The notes below the pieces were generated by a model. That model saw only the letters and a program-made list of their open reading frames with translations, had not been told where the DNA came from and ran no database searches. This document shows, one piece after another, positions 52,021-64,000 of a stretch of 64,000 nt of DNA; position 1 is the stretch's first letter; every line of letters starts with the position of its first letter. The DNA lies in the NCBI GenBank assembly GCA_904063045.1, contig CAJFCJ010000007.1:678819-742818 (forward strand), read 5' to 3'. The DNA comes from Dimorphilus gyrociliatus. Its lineage: Eukaryota > Animalia > Annelida. Both the position numbers and the translations under genes were made by a program.

Positions 52021-54720
52021 TTAACAACCAAATCTTGTTATTTTTTCTAATTGATATTTACAACTCAACATTATAGTTTCACGTACAATACTTAATCTAT
52101 TTTTAAGGCCTTTCTTCAAACGACTAATTGGGTCTACATCCCTAAATTGTCTAGCATCTTTTACTGAATAAATGATGAAACTAAAAAAGCCATAGATGGC
52201 GTAAGCTATTGCCAGTGTTGCCAGGCTATACAACATTATCTTGTGATACTTGACTTGACTATTGGTCTGGGAGAATAGTAAATGGCGAAAGTCATTCATT
52301 CTTGATTCGTACGATTCGCGTATAATTTCTAATTCTTCTTCGCCATTTGCTAAGAATTTTCGTATTGTTTGATAGGTGGTGTTAATACTTAAATAATTGC
52401 GTTCCATTTGACGCGATATTAGAGGCCTAACGATTATAAGTTTCTCTGAAATTTTATCAAGAGTGCAATAGGCTGAAAGTTCATTCAGCCTTATTGAACA
52501 GTTCTTCTCAACAATTGCCAACCTAAGTGTCTCCCATAAACCTTTTTCAGTTATATCGCATTCACTGACAAAGTCATAATTATCGTCACCGATATATTTA
52601 AGAAGATTGTATGATACAACCGCAGTATGCAAGCAACTTAGAAACATTGAGGAAACGAAGGCAAGAACTTTTCCGGTAATTGTTGTTGGTTCTGTTAAAA
52701 TTCTCGTTGTGAAAATATGAAAGACTCCACCCCATAAACCTCCACTATCTTCTGAGAGCTCGTGGGTGGCTAATGCGTTATCAGAGGGCTTAATAATCAA
52801 TAGATTAGGAGATATCACATCAAAGACATGTTTGAAAATGTAATAGATTAAACTACAAGAGGCAGTTATAAACCAGAAAATAGGTTTTTCCATTAAGGAG
52901 GAATTTGGCTCAGTGAATTGAATAGTAACATCTATAGGAGACGATATTACGTAATGTAAATCCGATAATTCTTTACTCCATATAAATTGTAGAACTTTGG
53001 AAAATCCTTTAACCTCTTCAACTCTATCGTCCTCTAAATATTTTATTTCTTCTATTCCAAGACCGTCAGCAACTTCTTTTGCAACGTCGACGAATAAGCC
53101 AGAAATTTTTCCATCTTCCTTTAGCCAAAACGGTTCGTACTAAACAAAAAAAAGTGTACTCTTCCCTTATTTAAGTATCTATATATAAACGTCAATAATA
53201 ATTTATTTATTATACATTAATCACTTTTGGAATGACAACGTAGAGAATTTTTGCAATATCATTTTCCTTGTGCAGTACAACAGACTCATAACTTTCGTTC
53301 TTCTTCTCTAAGAGTTTGCAAGTTTCTTTTGAAAAGTAAAAGTCTGTTGTGAGAGCTGTTTGGAATAGTTTTTCAGTACAATTTTCGACCTAAAATATAG
53401 AATATACGAATATAAATCAATAAAGTCTCCTATTGGATAATTCTATTCAATACTTGATCGCAAATTTCTGGTAGGATTAGCATCAAATTACGTATGTCTA
53501 GCAATAACATTTTATTTAAATCTTGAGACTAAAAGGTGGAAAAATATATTAATTAAACATAGAAATGTTTAAATTTGTTTAGATAAAGAAATATTATAAT
53601 GATATAGTTATATAAATAGAACTTTTTATTTATTCTAACCAGTAAAGTTCTAGTTCCAACTATCCAATGTATATGATTTTCCTTTAAAAATTCGCTCAAT
53701 ATAACTTTTGACATATTCAAATCGGCGTCTAAATAGATGTATGCCTCGTTATTACGTAATTCTTTGTTTAGTTTCTCAACAGTTTTATTAAGATTTATTA
53801 AATCTAGGTGATTTTCAATATGAATAAATTTTATGTCTGTTCTACAATCTTCTATAAGAGTCGAATAGAACATAGCATGTCTATAGGGAAAATTTCTATT
53901 CTCTCCTAAAGTTAATATCTTTTTTGAGATAGATCTTGAAGCGACAACTTGACAAACTACTTTTATTTCTTCTCGTAGAGGTGATAACATCTAGAATACT
54001 TTTTTCTTAAAGCCTATTTCTATATAGGAGTTCGAAACAATAAATTAAGCATACTAACGTTACGAATATTTTCGTGTTTTTCGGGAGAAATGAGTAATAT
54101 CTCTAATTTCTCGTTTCCTATTAATTTCGATAATACAGTTTCAACCATTCTATATTTCTCACTAATTTGGCGACTTATTAATAACAAATTAACTTGTGTA
54201 ACCGTAAAATTCCTTGCTATTAATAGAGTAATATGGAATTCGTATTTGAAATACGATATGCAATCATTTCGTTTAATATTTACCATAATTAGCAGTTTCC
54301 GCTAAACAATCATTCGATTTGCAATTCAATGTCTTGTATTGGCAGTTAGTTTTTAATTTACAAACCAATTTTGCCTTATCTGTGTCGTCGGATAACAGAA
54401 CCTCTGGACAAAAAAAAAATAAATAGCATGAAAAAGAATATTAGAATTAATTATGGATGATGAGCTTATAAAATAGATATTTATATGTATCTCTTACAGA
54501 TAGATTATTGATAGAAAAGAATAACTTAAAAGAGATTAGTAAGATTATGATAAAGAAATAGTAAAATATATAAAAAGAGGAACTTTATATAGAAGAGTCT
54601 ACGCTTTTCTTTTGTAAAAATCTAAACAAAGGAAGGTTAAAAATTAATTGAACCGATTTTATGAGCTTCGACCGCTTTTATCGAAAAAACGAAGAGTAAG
54701 AAACAAGTAAACGAAGGCAT
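52021..54720 (-). CDS. Highly divergent ionotropic glutamate receptor superfamily member (IR-like)
   Basis: Putative signal peptide MPSFTCFLLFVFSIKAVEA (5' exon inferred); S1-like YEPF...SGLFVDVAKEVA..LG and IQFTEP; M1, re-entrant LWGGVFHIF, M3 GKVLAFVSSMFLSCLHTAVV, S2 and M4. Confidence 0.65.
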
Positions 54721-55501
54721 AGTCACGTAATATTTTTAATTTATATCTTTATCTATATATATATGGGAAAGTTTAAAACGATGATGGAAACGTCAATTTT
54801 TATTCACCCCGTTACGTCCGCAAGTTCAATGTACTATCTATTCTATTTGATTTGGCCACATCTAGAATTTTTTTTTTCTTTGTCTTCTTTTCCTATCACT
54901 GGCTTTATTTTTTTTTTGTGTGTGTAAAGAGATAAAATATATAAGATAGCGGTAATCCTAGAGTATGATTACTGAAGACGGTTAATAAAAAAAAGAAAGA
55001 AATGAAAAACTGCCGTCATTATAGTGATTATCTGTATTTTTAATCTGACCTATTTACTCTTTAGATAATGAACTCATTGAGCATCACAGATTGCTTATAA
55101 GGTGAGCATAAAACGTGAACAAAAAAGTCATTTTTTAGTGTTTCGATTCCGGCTCTTTAACTCAAGTTTAATACTTAGCTTATCACTACTGATATTATAT
55201 TGAAGAACGACTAGTTATGTCGTTTTAATCCATGTTTTGATGCGTAATGTCTACTGTCGTTCAATACAAGGCTATATTATAGCCTTTTCACTTTTTAAGA
55301 TTTCTCGTTCAATGCCGTTCACGTGACAATTTTGAAAGTTTACCGATTACAAGGCGCGAACCTCAGCAGTCTATATATATATTGGCGGTAGGTAATGATC
55401 AACAAACACCTTCCCTTCCTTTTTCTACATATTGACATTTTCTACATGTTTATACTGTTCTATTTGTCCAACGGCAGTCTGCTGCAGTTTTCTCCGAGGC
55501 G

Positions 55502-58437
55502 ATGGCCGCAAACTATGAGAAAGTGACTGATATTTTAGCTAAAGCGCCGGATAAAAGAAACGATTTTGAATTATCCAATTTGGTAGGATGGTTCAAGCAA
55601 AAGTGCAATCTCTTCCAGAAGCTTCGTTCCGGTAAGTGAATAGAAAAGTTATTTTTAATCTTCGTTTAATTTATAATTGATAGTTTTCAATTTCTTCTTT
55701 TATTCTCTCAATATTTTCTTCACACTATATCATTTTCACAACTCTATCATTGACTTTACTCTTTACTCCACCCCCGTAGCATTGTTGTTGATTATTGTTC
55801 TTTTACTAAAGAACAAAAAAAGGAAGACAACTGCTGAAGTATATTTTATTTCTTTTGGTCAAGAACAAAAGATTATTTGTTTAGTTTAAATATCTATCGA
55901 TTCTTGTCAAAATATTTGATTGGCAAAAAAAAAATCAATAAGTCATTATTGCAGATATGCTAGTTGACGTTTTGAAAAACTGCCAATTTGTTTCGAAGAA
56001 GAAGGACGAAGTAATTATCAAACAAGGAGAATTAGGAGATTGGTAGATATATATATATATATATCTATATATATGTAAAGATTATTACTAATCTTTTTTC
56101 TATTCTTCCACTCGTTCCAAACCAATATTAACGACCAATTAGCATGTATATTTTGATTCGTGGGAGAGTTACTATTTACATTCAATATCAAAATCAAGCT
56201 GGTAATGACGGGGAAGAAAAATCAAATTCGCAACCATCAAATGCTAGCGAAAACATTCGTCAACAACTTGGTACACTCGTTACACACTTAGGTACACTTT
56301 TATTCACTTTTTGAGCCCTAAAATCTGATAAAAATTTATAAAATTTTAATAATAGACCAAGGCGCAACGTTTGGCGAAATGGCCCTTATCTCTGAAGATT
56401 GCATTAGGACAGCATCTATAATAATTACAGAACCCGCTGATTTAATAGTAGTTGATCGAGAATTATATAATCGATCTGTTAAAGAAGTTTTGCATAAAGA
56501 ATTTGAAGATAAGAGAAATTTTATTGCCAACAATCCGCTCTTCAATAATTGGCCACCAAAGTATAAAAACTTTTTCTTTTCTTTTGGGTCAATTAGGGCC
56601 TATACTTAAAAGATTTATATCTAATATGTTGTTTTTCCGTCTCTTTACTTTTATTAACTACTCCCCTAAGGTATAAAAAACATTTATCAATGGCACTACA
56701 AAAAGAAGTTCTACCTTACGATTTTGTTCTAAGTAAACAAGGGGATAAAGTTGAGGCAATCTACTTTATACTTAGGTAATATCTAAAAGAGAATTTCATA
56801 TTTTTTATAACACGTAATAAATATATAATCATAACTTTTTTATTTATTTTATTATCTTCAAAATTTTTTTGTCCCATCTTTATTCTTTGATAATTTACAA
56901 TCTAGCGGTGAGGTTAAACAAACTGTGGAACCTGTACAACATAAAAGCCAATTTCCTAAATTACCGTTGGATGATGATGAAATAACTACTCTAAATAAGA
57001 ATAAGGATGACGAAGACGCTATAGAAGACTTAATAAGGTTCGATTAATTATAGATATTGAAATATGAACGAAGGCCTATCTAGACAAGTAAATAACTTCT
57101 ACAAATATAGTATATTTTCTCTCTTTATATTGAAAAGGACAATGTCCGGGAGTATAGCTTCGGTTAATTGCCAAAGTGGATTTCGTAAAAGGAAACCCAG
57201 TAAGAAGCAAACTCAGGAAGTGTGTCTCCTCGGTGTAAATCAAACAGTTGGTGACGTAGAAGTTTTGCTCGATTTACCCACATTCGTTCAGACATCGATA
57301 ACGACTCAACGATCGGAAGTTCTAGTTTTAGAGATGCGCCACTTTGAAAGGCTATTGACAAAAAGGAATCCAAAGACAATAGATATTATGAGACAAGATT
57401 TACAGTGGAAGCTTGTATCACGCATGTCGAAATACTTATTGCGGCACGTTCCCCTTTTCCGGGTTATTATTAGTAAGGCGGAAGAGTATAATAGAATAAA
57501 GGCGGAGAAGATGGAGGCTAGGCACAGTAATAGGGAAGAAAAAATCAAAGCTGCCCCTGCTGGTGTTAATTTTGATAGTTTTATACCGCCTAGAGGTCCC
57601 GTTATAGATCTATACGGACCAGGTACAGTCTTTCACAGAATACGTCAAAAAGAAAATGCGCGTCTGCTTAGGGAAAGTAGGAGAAGGACAACGACATCAA
57701 ATAGTATATCTGGTAACCAAATGCAAAATAACATGATGATTAACTCATCCTCTCCAACAACATCTCAAGCTCCTCAATTTGTTGATCATTACACAAGTGA
57801 TCCTGTACTATCAAATTTAGAAAATCGAATAGGAGCTTGGATGAAGAATGAAAATTCTAATGTTAAAGGAAATATGCGAGTAATCCGACTTCAACGATCC
57901 CAAGCTCAGGTTAGCGTTCTTGTTTACTTATTTTTTCCAAAGGTTAATTTTTGACTGTCCTTCTAAAACAACATTTTAATCGTTTTAAATCGATTTAACG
58001 TCCGATAGATGTCACCAAATACTACTACAAATCCAAACGCAACCGTCGTAATTAGGACACCTTATCGCGATAATCCCACAACATTATCCCCAACTGCTTC
58101 AACTGAGGATGTCTTCCAGGGACAATCATGGGTAAGCGCAGGAAAATTGTGTAAAACTATCGTATACGTTCTAGTAGGCCTATAGACATTTCTTTTAAAA
58201 TCATTGACGTCGCTTAGGCAACAACGCAAGCGCTTGAAGGCGGGTAAGTTAACTTGGCTTGTCGTGTAACACAGTGTTTTCAAACACACTAACTTGTTAA
58301 CGTTGCCTTGTACCTTACATTCCAAACACAGCTACCGCCTTACTATGTTTTCCTTTCTATTTAAAATAGATTATTAAGTGTTTTTTTGTATGCAATTACG
58401 CAGGTCTGAAGAGCAAATGGTACGCGTAGAAGTTTAG
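55502..58437 (+). CDS. Cyclic nucleotide-binding domain protein (CNBD1/2-like, two cNMP domains); 3' exons tentative
   Basis: VIIKQGELGDCMYILIRG, GATFGEMALISEDCIRTASI; second domain LSKQGDKVEAIYFI...QTVGDVEVLL. Confidence 0.8.
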
Positions 58438-58643
58438 AAAAGTCCTGAAATCAGTTTATTTTTTTAAAAAAAAAAAATAATAAAGAAAAAAAAAGAGAGA
58501 CATTATATGTGTTACAATTTGTACCCATTATTTTAGACTTATGTATGTAAATTATGAATATTTAATATACACACTTATTTATTTATTATTTGTTTATACT
58601 TTTAAAAGTTGAATAAATAACGACTGTAAAAAGTTTCTCGATT

Positions 58644-59099
58644 CTAAGATGATTCTGCATTAAACTCACATTCTACAGGGTTAGAGTCCAGCCAACTTTT
58701 AACAAGGTCCGTAGAAGTGAGTTTCTTTGCACTTAAACTACTTAATATATTAGCTAGAGGGATAGGTCCGGGTTTTGCTGATGCTAAACGTCTTGTCTGA
58801 GTTGTAGGTAAATTTGTTGCCTTTGCTGGAGGAGGTCTTGGCTTATATCGTCTCTCTTTGGGTACAACGCACGGTGGTAGAGTTACTCTAATATTAGGGT
58901 AAGATCCGTCCAGTGACCTTATATTTATTCGTATATCCTTCTTCGCAGAACCAGTCTCTAATAACTTCCGTAGTTCACTGACTGTCATACTTCTTGTAAA
59001 CAGAGGTTTCTGTTTAGGAGAGTAAGTAGCCGATTTATTTAATGAATTGGCCAAACATTCCCGGGCCCTCTGTAGCTTGGGAGCACCAACGTTGGTCAT
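58644..59099 (-). CDS. Orphan 151-aa basic, Pro/Ser/Thr-rich single-exon ORF
   Basis: 456-nt ATG-initiated ORF with coding-like GC content among AT-rich flanks; no recognisable family. Confidence 0.45.
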   Translation of the reverse strand: MTNVGAPKLQRARECLANSLNKSATYSPKQKPLFTRSMTVSELRKLLETGSAKKDIRINIRSLDGSYPNIRVTLPPCVVPKERRYKPRPPPAKATNLPTTQTRRLASAKPGPIPLANILSSLSAKKLTSTDLVKSWLDSNPVECEFNAESS

Positions 59100-59311
59100 C
59101 GTCTTTCACGCGAGTCCAAAGCCGACTGAAAAGTGACAGGGGTAAAAAAAAAGACAGGGAGAAAGGGGGAGAGTGTCGGTGACAACAGCCTGTAAAGAAT
59201 AATCAATGATCGGGAGCTGATCGATCAGCTTTTTTAGATAATGCAACTCTTCTTATTGTTCGCTAATGTCGATCGAATGACATTAATTTTTACCCACCGG
59301 GTGCTTTTTCT

Positions 59312-60903
59312 TTACTTTTCATCGACGCTAGAGAGCGCAATTCGTCTGCAGAATCTGTTCAAATTTCTACCAAAACGACTGGCCAAAAGGCGTAAACCCG
59401 TTCGAAAAGGTTTGTCAAAAGCTGTCGAGAGAGAAAACAATAAAACATTAAAATTAACTATTCTTGTTTGTATACAATAAATCCTCTTAGGGTTGTATAA
59501 CTAACCAGAATAGATAAGAAAGTTGATAGCAAAATTCAAGTTATAAATTATATGAAATACTTCTGTCCAAGTAACGTATTCATTAACAAGCAAAGAATGC
59601 AATTGATATATTGCTTTAGGTAGATACAAGAAAACGGAGACTGATGAAAAAATTAACATTCCACGGGCGCTCCTCCTTCCTTTTAACGCCCTCTGTCGCA
59701 TTAGAATTGAGTGAGACTTATTCTCCGGATCAGATGTTGATTCGTTAGCAGATTTAAAGCGGATACGGACGCCTTCATCTGACGAGGAAACTTGTATTCT
59801 TTTATTTAAATCAAAAACTCCATTTGCTTTTTTTTGTGCCTTTTTGAAGAAGTGAAAAAGGAGAAAAGAAGAAAAGAAAGAAAAGGAAAAAAATAAAAAA
59901 AAAATTCAATTAAAAATTAAAAATAAATACAATAATAAAAAATTATGTAAATAACTTTGTATTAATAAAAGAAAGAGATCCTAAAATAGATCCCTGTTTC
60001 CAAGTACCTGATGGAGTTTAAAAAGAATCTTCGCGTTTAGAGTCAATATACAAATAGCCGGAAGCAGAATGGTAATGAAAGTAGAACATGTAGTTAAATA
60101 AACGTGTAATTCGAAGTATCTCGCATAAGTCATACAGACTGGCTCATTGTCTGTAAAGCTGTGAAAAAAAGGGAGAAAAGAAACAATGCATACTAGTTGT
60201 GATTGTGAATTGATTAGCTATTCTATAAAGCTTAATTATTATCGTGTGATATTGTTTTTAATTAGTGCTGAGTCGTAATATAGAAAAGAAAATAACATAC
60301 TTGACGACTCCTGACGTCCAGAAGTGCCATATAAATAATATACATCCTAAAAATACCGTTGTTAAAGTCGTTGTTAAAGCAGTTTTTCGGCTAGCACAAG
60401 AGCAACATGTTTTACGTCGTTCATAAACTATCATATATCTATTGGAGGAAAAAATAACTAACCGACACTCTTCCATAGTAAGAATATACTAAAAGAGAAA
60501 AAAATTCTGTTTTAAATTACCTTTCAAACGTACACAGTACAATCAACCACACGCTCACAAATGACAAGAAATTAAAAGAATAGACAAGAACTTGGCACCC
60601 GCCAGATCTTCTGAAAACAATAACGGATGGATCTAGCCATTCTATCCAAAAAACTGTTAAAGCCACTAAATATCCAAAATCGGCCAATGATAAAGTTGAA
60701 AGATATATTGGAGAGCTCAGTCTATGCTGATGAGTAAACGCAAAGACACAAAACGATAGGAAGTTACCTACAAGTCCACCAAGTATTATTATCGGTGTCA
60801 ATATTATATTTGCCATACGACTGGGCGTAAAACTTTTCAAGCCTATGTCACCAAAGCCAGTAACATTATAAAAATTAGAAACATTTGTTGCTGTCGCTGA
60901 CAT
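59312..60903 (-). CDS. Class A (rhodopsin-like) peptide GPCR of the FMRFamide/TRH-receptor-like group, at least 5 exons
   Basis: GLVGNFL (TM1), YLSTLSLAD (TM2), C...SVWLIVLCTFER|Y (TM3), LLPAICILTLN (TM5), FLYLP (TM6), NFAINFLIYS (TM7). It may end at 59035 via one more exon. Confidence 0.88.
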
Positions 60904-61597
60904 CTCAGCACACTGACGTCGGTAGAGACGGTAGGCGTCGCTTAAAAATCTCGAACATCTCTACGACCTTCAAACAGAATTATCATTTAATCAGCTTTTT
61001 CTATAGTCATACTGCCTCCAAATAAAACGTAATAATCAAAAAGCGGAACTATAAATATAAATGTAAATTGAGAGACGCCAACGTAGTTTGTAATACTCTC
61101 ATGGAAAATTTTTGTTTCTTATGGAGACAAATGAAGTTTTAAAGCAAGCATAAGCACTTCAGGAAGTCTCATAAACGCAACACGTTTCAAATTAAATTTA
61201 ATTTCTAATGTTTCGCTGGAATTAATTCTTGTTACGAGCTAATTTAATCGCTTTCAATATTATATTGTTTTACCATAAAGAAGAGGAAGAGAAATTGAAA
61301 AGATATAGAAAAAGAATGGTAAATGGGGAAAGAGTTGTTTTAAAGCACTATAAATCAGTACCTCTTTTTAATTTTTAAGTAAGAAATTTGTAAAGGTAGG
61401 AAAAACAAGGAACAAAAAAAAAAGAACAGAAAGAATTTCTTTCTATTATTATTATTATATATTTTTTTTTATTGTAAAATTTTTTTTGTTATTTTTTTTA
61501 TACAATTTTGGGTAACACAGCACCCGCAATGTTACAGTTTGCGCAAGAATACTTTCTTAGTCTTTTTTTCTTTCACTGAAGCATTTTTCTTGGGTTG

Positions 61598-62752
61598 CTA
61601 AGATCCATTACCTGTTTGTACAATAGGTTTTGCATACTCTACAAAGTCGTCGATCAATACTGGCCAAGCTCCTGTTCATTGCAGTTAAATTTTTAATTTA
61701 ATATTTCAATATACATATATCTTTATATGCTTTATTAATCACCTTCTTCGTCGTAATTTGACATTTGATCGTCGATCTGATTGCTAAAATCCAACAGTAA
61801 ATTCCAGGTATCTTTTGGGATTGAACATTTATGATGCTCCTAAAATTTGTAGTTATTAAATGAGAGAACTTTTTAATATTTTAGAAAGGTGTTTTTACCT
61901 GCAGAAATTTAATCCATAAATTAAGAAATTTAAAATTTCCCGACATAACGATGTTCCAGTAAGCTATTGCCATATTTAGATCTAAGTAATATTTTGATTA
62001 AATAAAAGTTACCAGTTTTTTTATAAACAGTATACCTAAACCCTTTTGTCCTTCGTTTTTAGCGTAATTAAAAGTGAAGTGGTAAAAATCTCTAAAATTG
62101 TTCGGATCCTTTATGTCGTTTTCTAACGTAGAGCATCTGTTGCGTAACTTCTCTAGGGAATCACATCTGAAAATCCAGGAAATTCCGTGAAAACTTTCTC
62201 AGAGAATAGCAGCAAATAAAATAAATACTGTAAGTGGTATAAGCCATCAACGAATTCCTCCCTTGTGAATTCGCACTGTTTACTGGCTTTTAATTTCCAT
62301 GCTAGTATTAAAACAGTACGGGACTCAGGATTTAACTGTAAATCCCCCAGCAACCGAAGCATGCCTTCTGCGGTAATTTTTTGAGGATTATCCTCCCGAG
62401 GATCTGCAAAAAATGTTCATAAACGTCGATCTAAATTCATGTCAAGAATCTCTTACCTTTGTATTTGCTAAATATACTTTCTATCTTTTTTTTATCTGAT
62501 GTATTTTTATAATTCGTTTCTGCCTTATTATAACGCTCGGGAAACTGGAAAAAATTGTCCACAGCTAAATCCAATTTCCAATCATGAGCACTTAAGCAAG
62601 TGATTGCGCTTTTTTCGTTAGACTGAGTGAAAGAGCAGAATTGCTTCACTTTTTCTTTTTGTGAGTTTCTTAATTTATGCTGAAAGTCATCGAAATAGAT
62701 CAAATTTTCCAAACCCTTTGGAATCGTTATTTAGATGGAAAAATCTTACCAT
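61598..62752 (-). CDS. DCUN1D1: DCN1-like neddylation E3 (UBA-like + PONY domain)
   Basis: ATG|GT first exon; [10 protein letters not shown]...[18 protein letters not shown]...[42 protein letters not shown]. Confidence 0.93.
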
Positions 62753-62911
62753 GTTCAGGAAGGTTCAGAAAGTAGAAAATCTCCTACGTCACATCCGGTA
62801 TTAGGAAATCCTCGCTAATTCGTATAAAAATGTACAATTCTAAGGATTATTTATCTTTTATTTTGGCAAGTTATCTGTAAAAAGATTTTTTTTTTACTAA
62901 AACAAGTTTCC

Positions 62912-62954
62912 GGTCACGTGACCACATAGCGTCAATAAGTATTTTGGCGCCAAA
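62912..62954. promoter_or_regulatory. DCN1/MCM7 bidirectional promoter: palindromic E-box GGTCACGTGACC (62912-23) and E2F site TTTGGCGCCAAA (62943-54)
   Basis: Perfect 12-bp palindromes within the 270-bp divergent gap; MCM genes are classic E2F targets. Confidence 0.6.
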
Positions 62955-63023
62955 GTACGGCAGCGAGTGAATATTCATTTTACCACCTAAAATCTAACGT
63001 TTAACGATTTGATTTTACAAGCA

Positions 63024-64000
63024 ATGGCACCCAGAGATTATACGGAAGAAAGAGGTTTGTTTTAAATTTTATTTTAGAAGGCTTTTGTTAAGTTTTTCGT
63101 TTGTTTATAGAAACTGCACGAAAATTTTTAGCCGAGTTTTGCTCTGATGGCGACAAAAAAGGTCTAGGAAAGAATTACAAATATGCTCCTCAATTGGTAA
63201 ATACTTTTAATAGTTTTATGCAATCAATTGACTATAATTGAAAAAATTACAGGTGAAAATAGCTCATCGAGAGCAAACTGCGATAGAAATTGACATAGAC
63301 GATATATCAGAGCATGATCCAGATTTGGCTGAAGCTATTGGTATGAATACTAGACGCTATGTTAATTTATTTTCGGATATAATATCAGAAATGTTACCTG
63401 ACTACAAAGATCCAACTCTGGGAGTAAGTATTTTCTAACTTTCCTAAAAGCCATGTTATCTATATTTGCTTTTACAGCCAGTAGTCAAAGATACGTTAGA
63501 CGTTTATATAAACCATAGACAAAGACTTGAGAACCAAAACCATCCAGAACAAGAAACAACTCGTAACGCTAGAAACCGCTATCCTCCTGAACTTATGAGA
63601 AGATTGTGAGTTTTGTCTTTATTCGTTCCTACTATATTGTTTAACGGTGTGCTTCCACAGCGAAGTGTATTTTAAAGCGACTCAACATCAAAAAGCCCAA
63701 GCTGTCAGAGATGTTAAAGCAGAGAGCATTGGAAAGTTAGTATGCGTCAAAGGAATTGTAACAAGATCTACACAGGTGAAACCTATGATGCAAGTAGCAA
63801 CCTACACCTGTGATCAATGTGGTCATGAAACCTATCAACCGGTAATTTTAAAAAACAGTATAATAATTAATATTATTCATCTAATGTAACACTTTAATTC
63901 AATTTTTAGATTCAATCACCCGTGTTCATGCCACTTTTACTATGTCCAAGCACTGAGTGTACAACTAATAAGTCAGGAGGACGATTGTATCTGCAAACTC
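63024..64000 (+). CDS. MCM7: DNA replication licensing factor MCM7 (5' part; runs off the window)
   Basis: [76 protein letters not shown]...SGGRLYLQT. Confidence 0.96.

Overview
This is AT-rich (visually about 30% GC), very gene-dense animal genomic DNA with many short GT-AG introns (about 55-110 nt). It contains about 20 protein-coding genes, and I found no rRNA, tRNA or CRISPR arrays. The architecture resembles a miniaturised invertebrate genome such as the annelid Dimorphilus gyrociliatus; that assignment is inference only. Gene order: CYB5RL (3' end, +), EMC7 (-), PCYT1 (+), ankyrin-repeat protein (-), unknown TM + ParB/Srx-like protein (+), CFAP54 (+), Axin (-), cyclin B3 (-), mitoferrin (+), gustatory-receptor-like 7TM channel (-), FAM193A (+), QRICH2-like (+), myosin VIIa (-), SLC25A14/30 (+), divergent ionotropic-receptor-like (-), cNMP-binding protein (+), orphan ORF (-), class A GPCR (-), DCN1 (-), MCM7 (5' part, +). 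The most notable items are a membrane-anchored degenerate ParB/Srx-like protein, two divergent chemoreceptor-type channels, a U12 intron, a roughly half-length Axin, multi-kb fused exons, a candidate 15-nt myosin VIIa microexon, and recurrent promoter palindromes. Exon structures were assembled by eye, and family assignments come from recalled motifs rather than database searches. Nothing here is a proven new multi-gene system.
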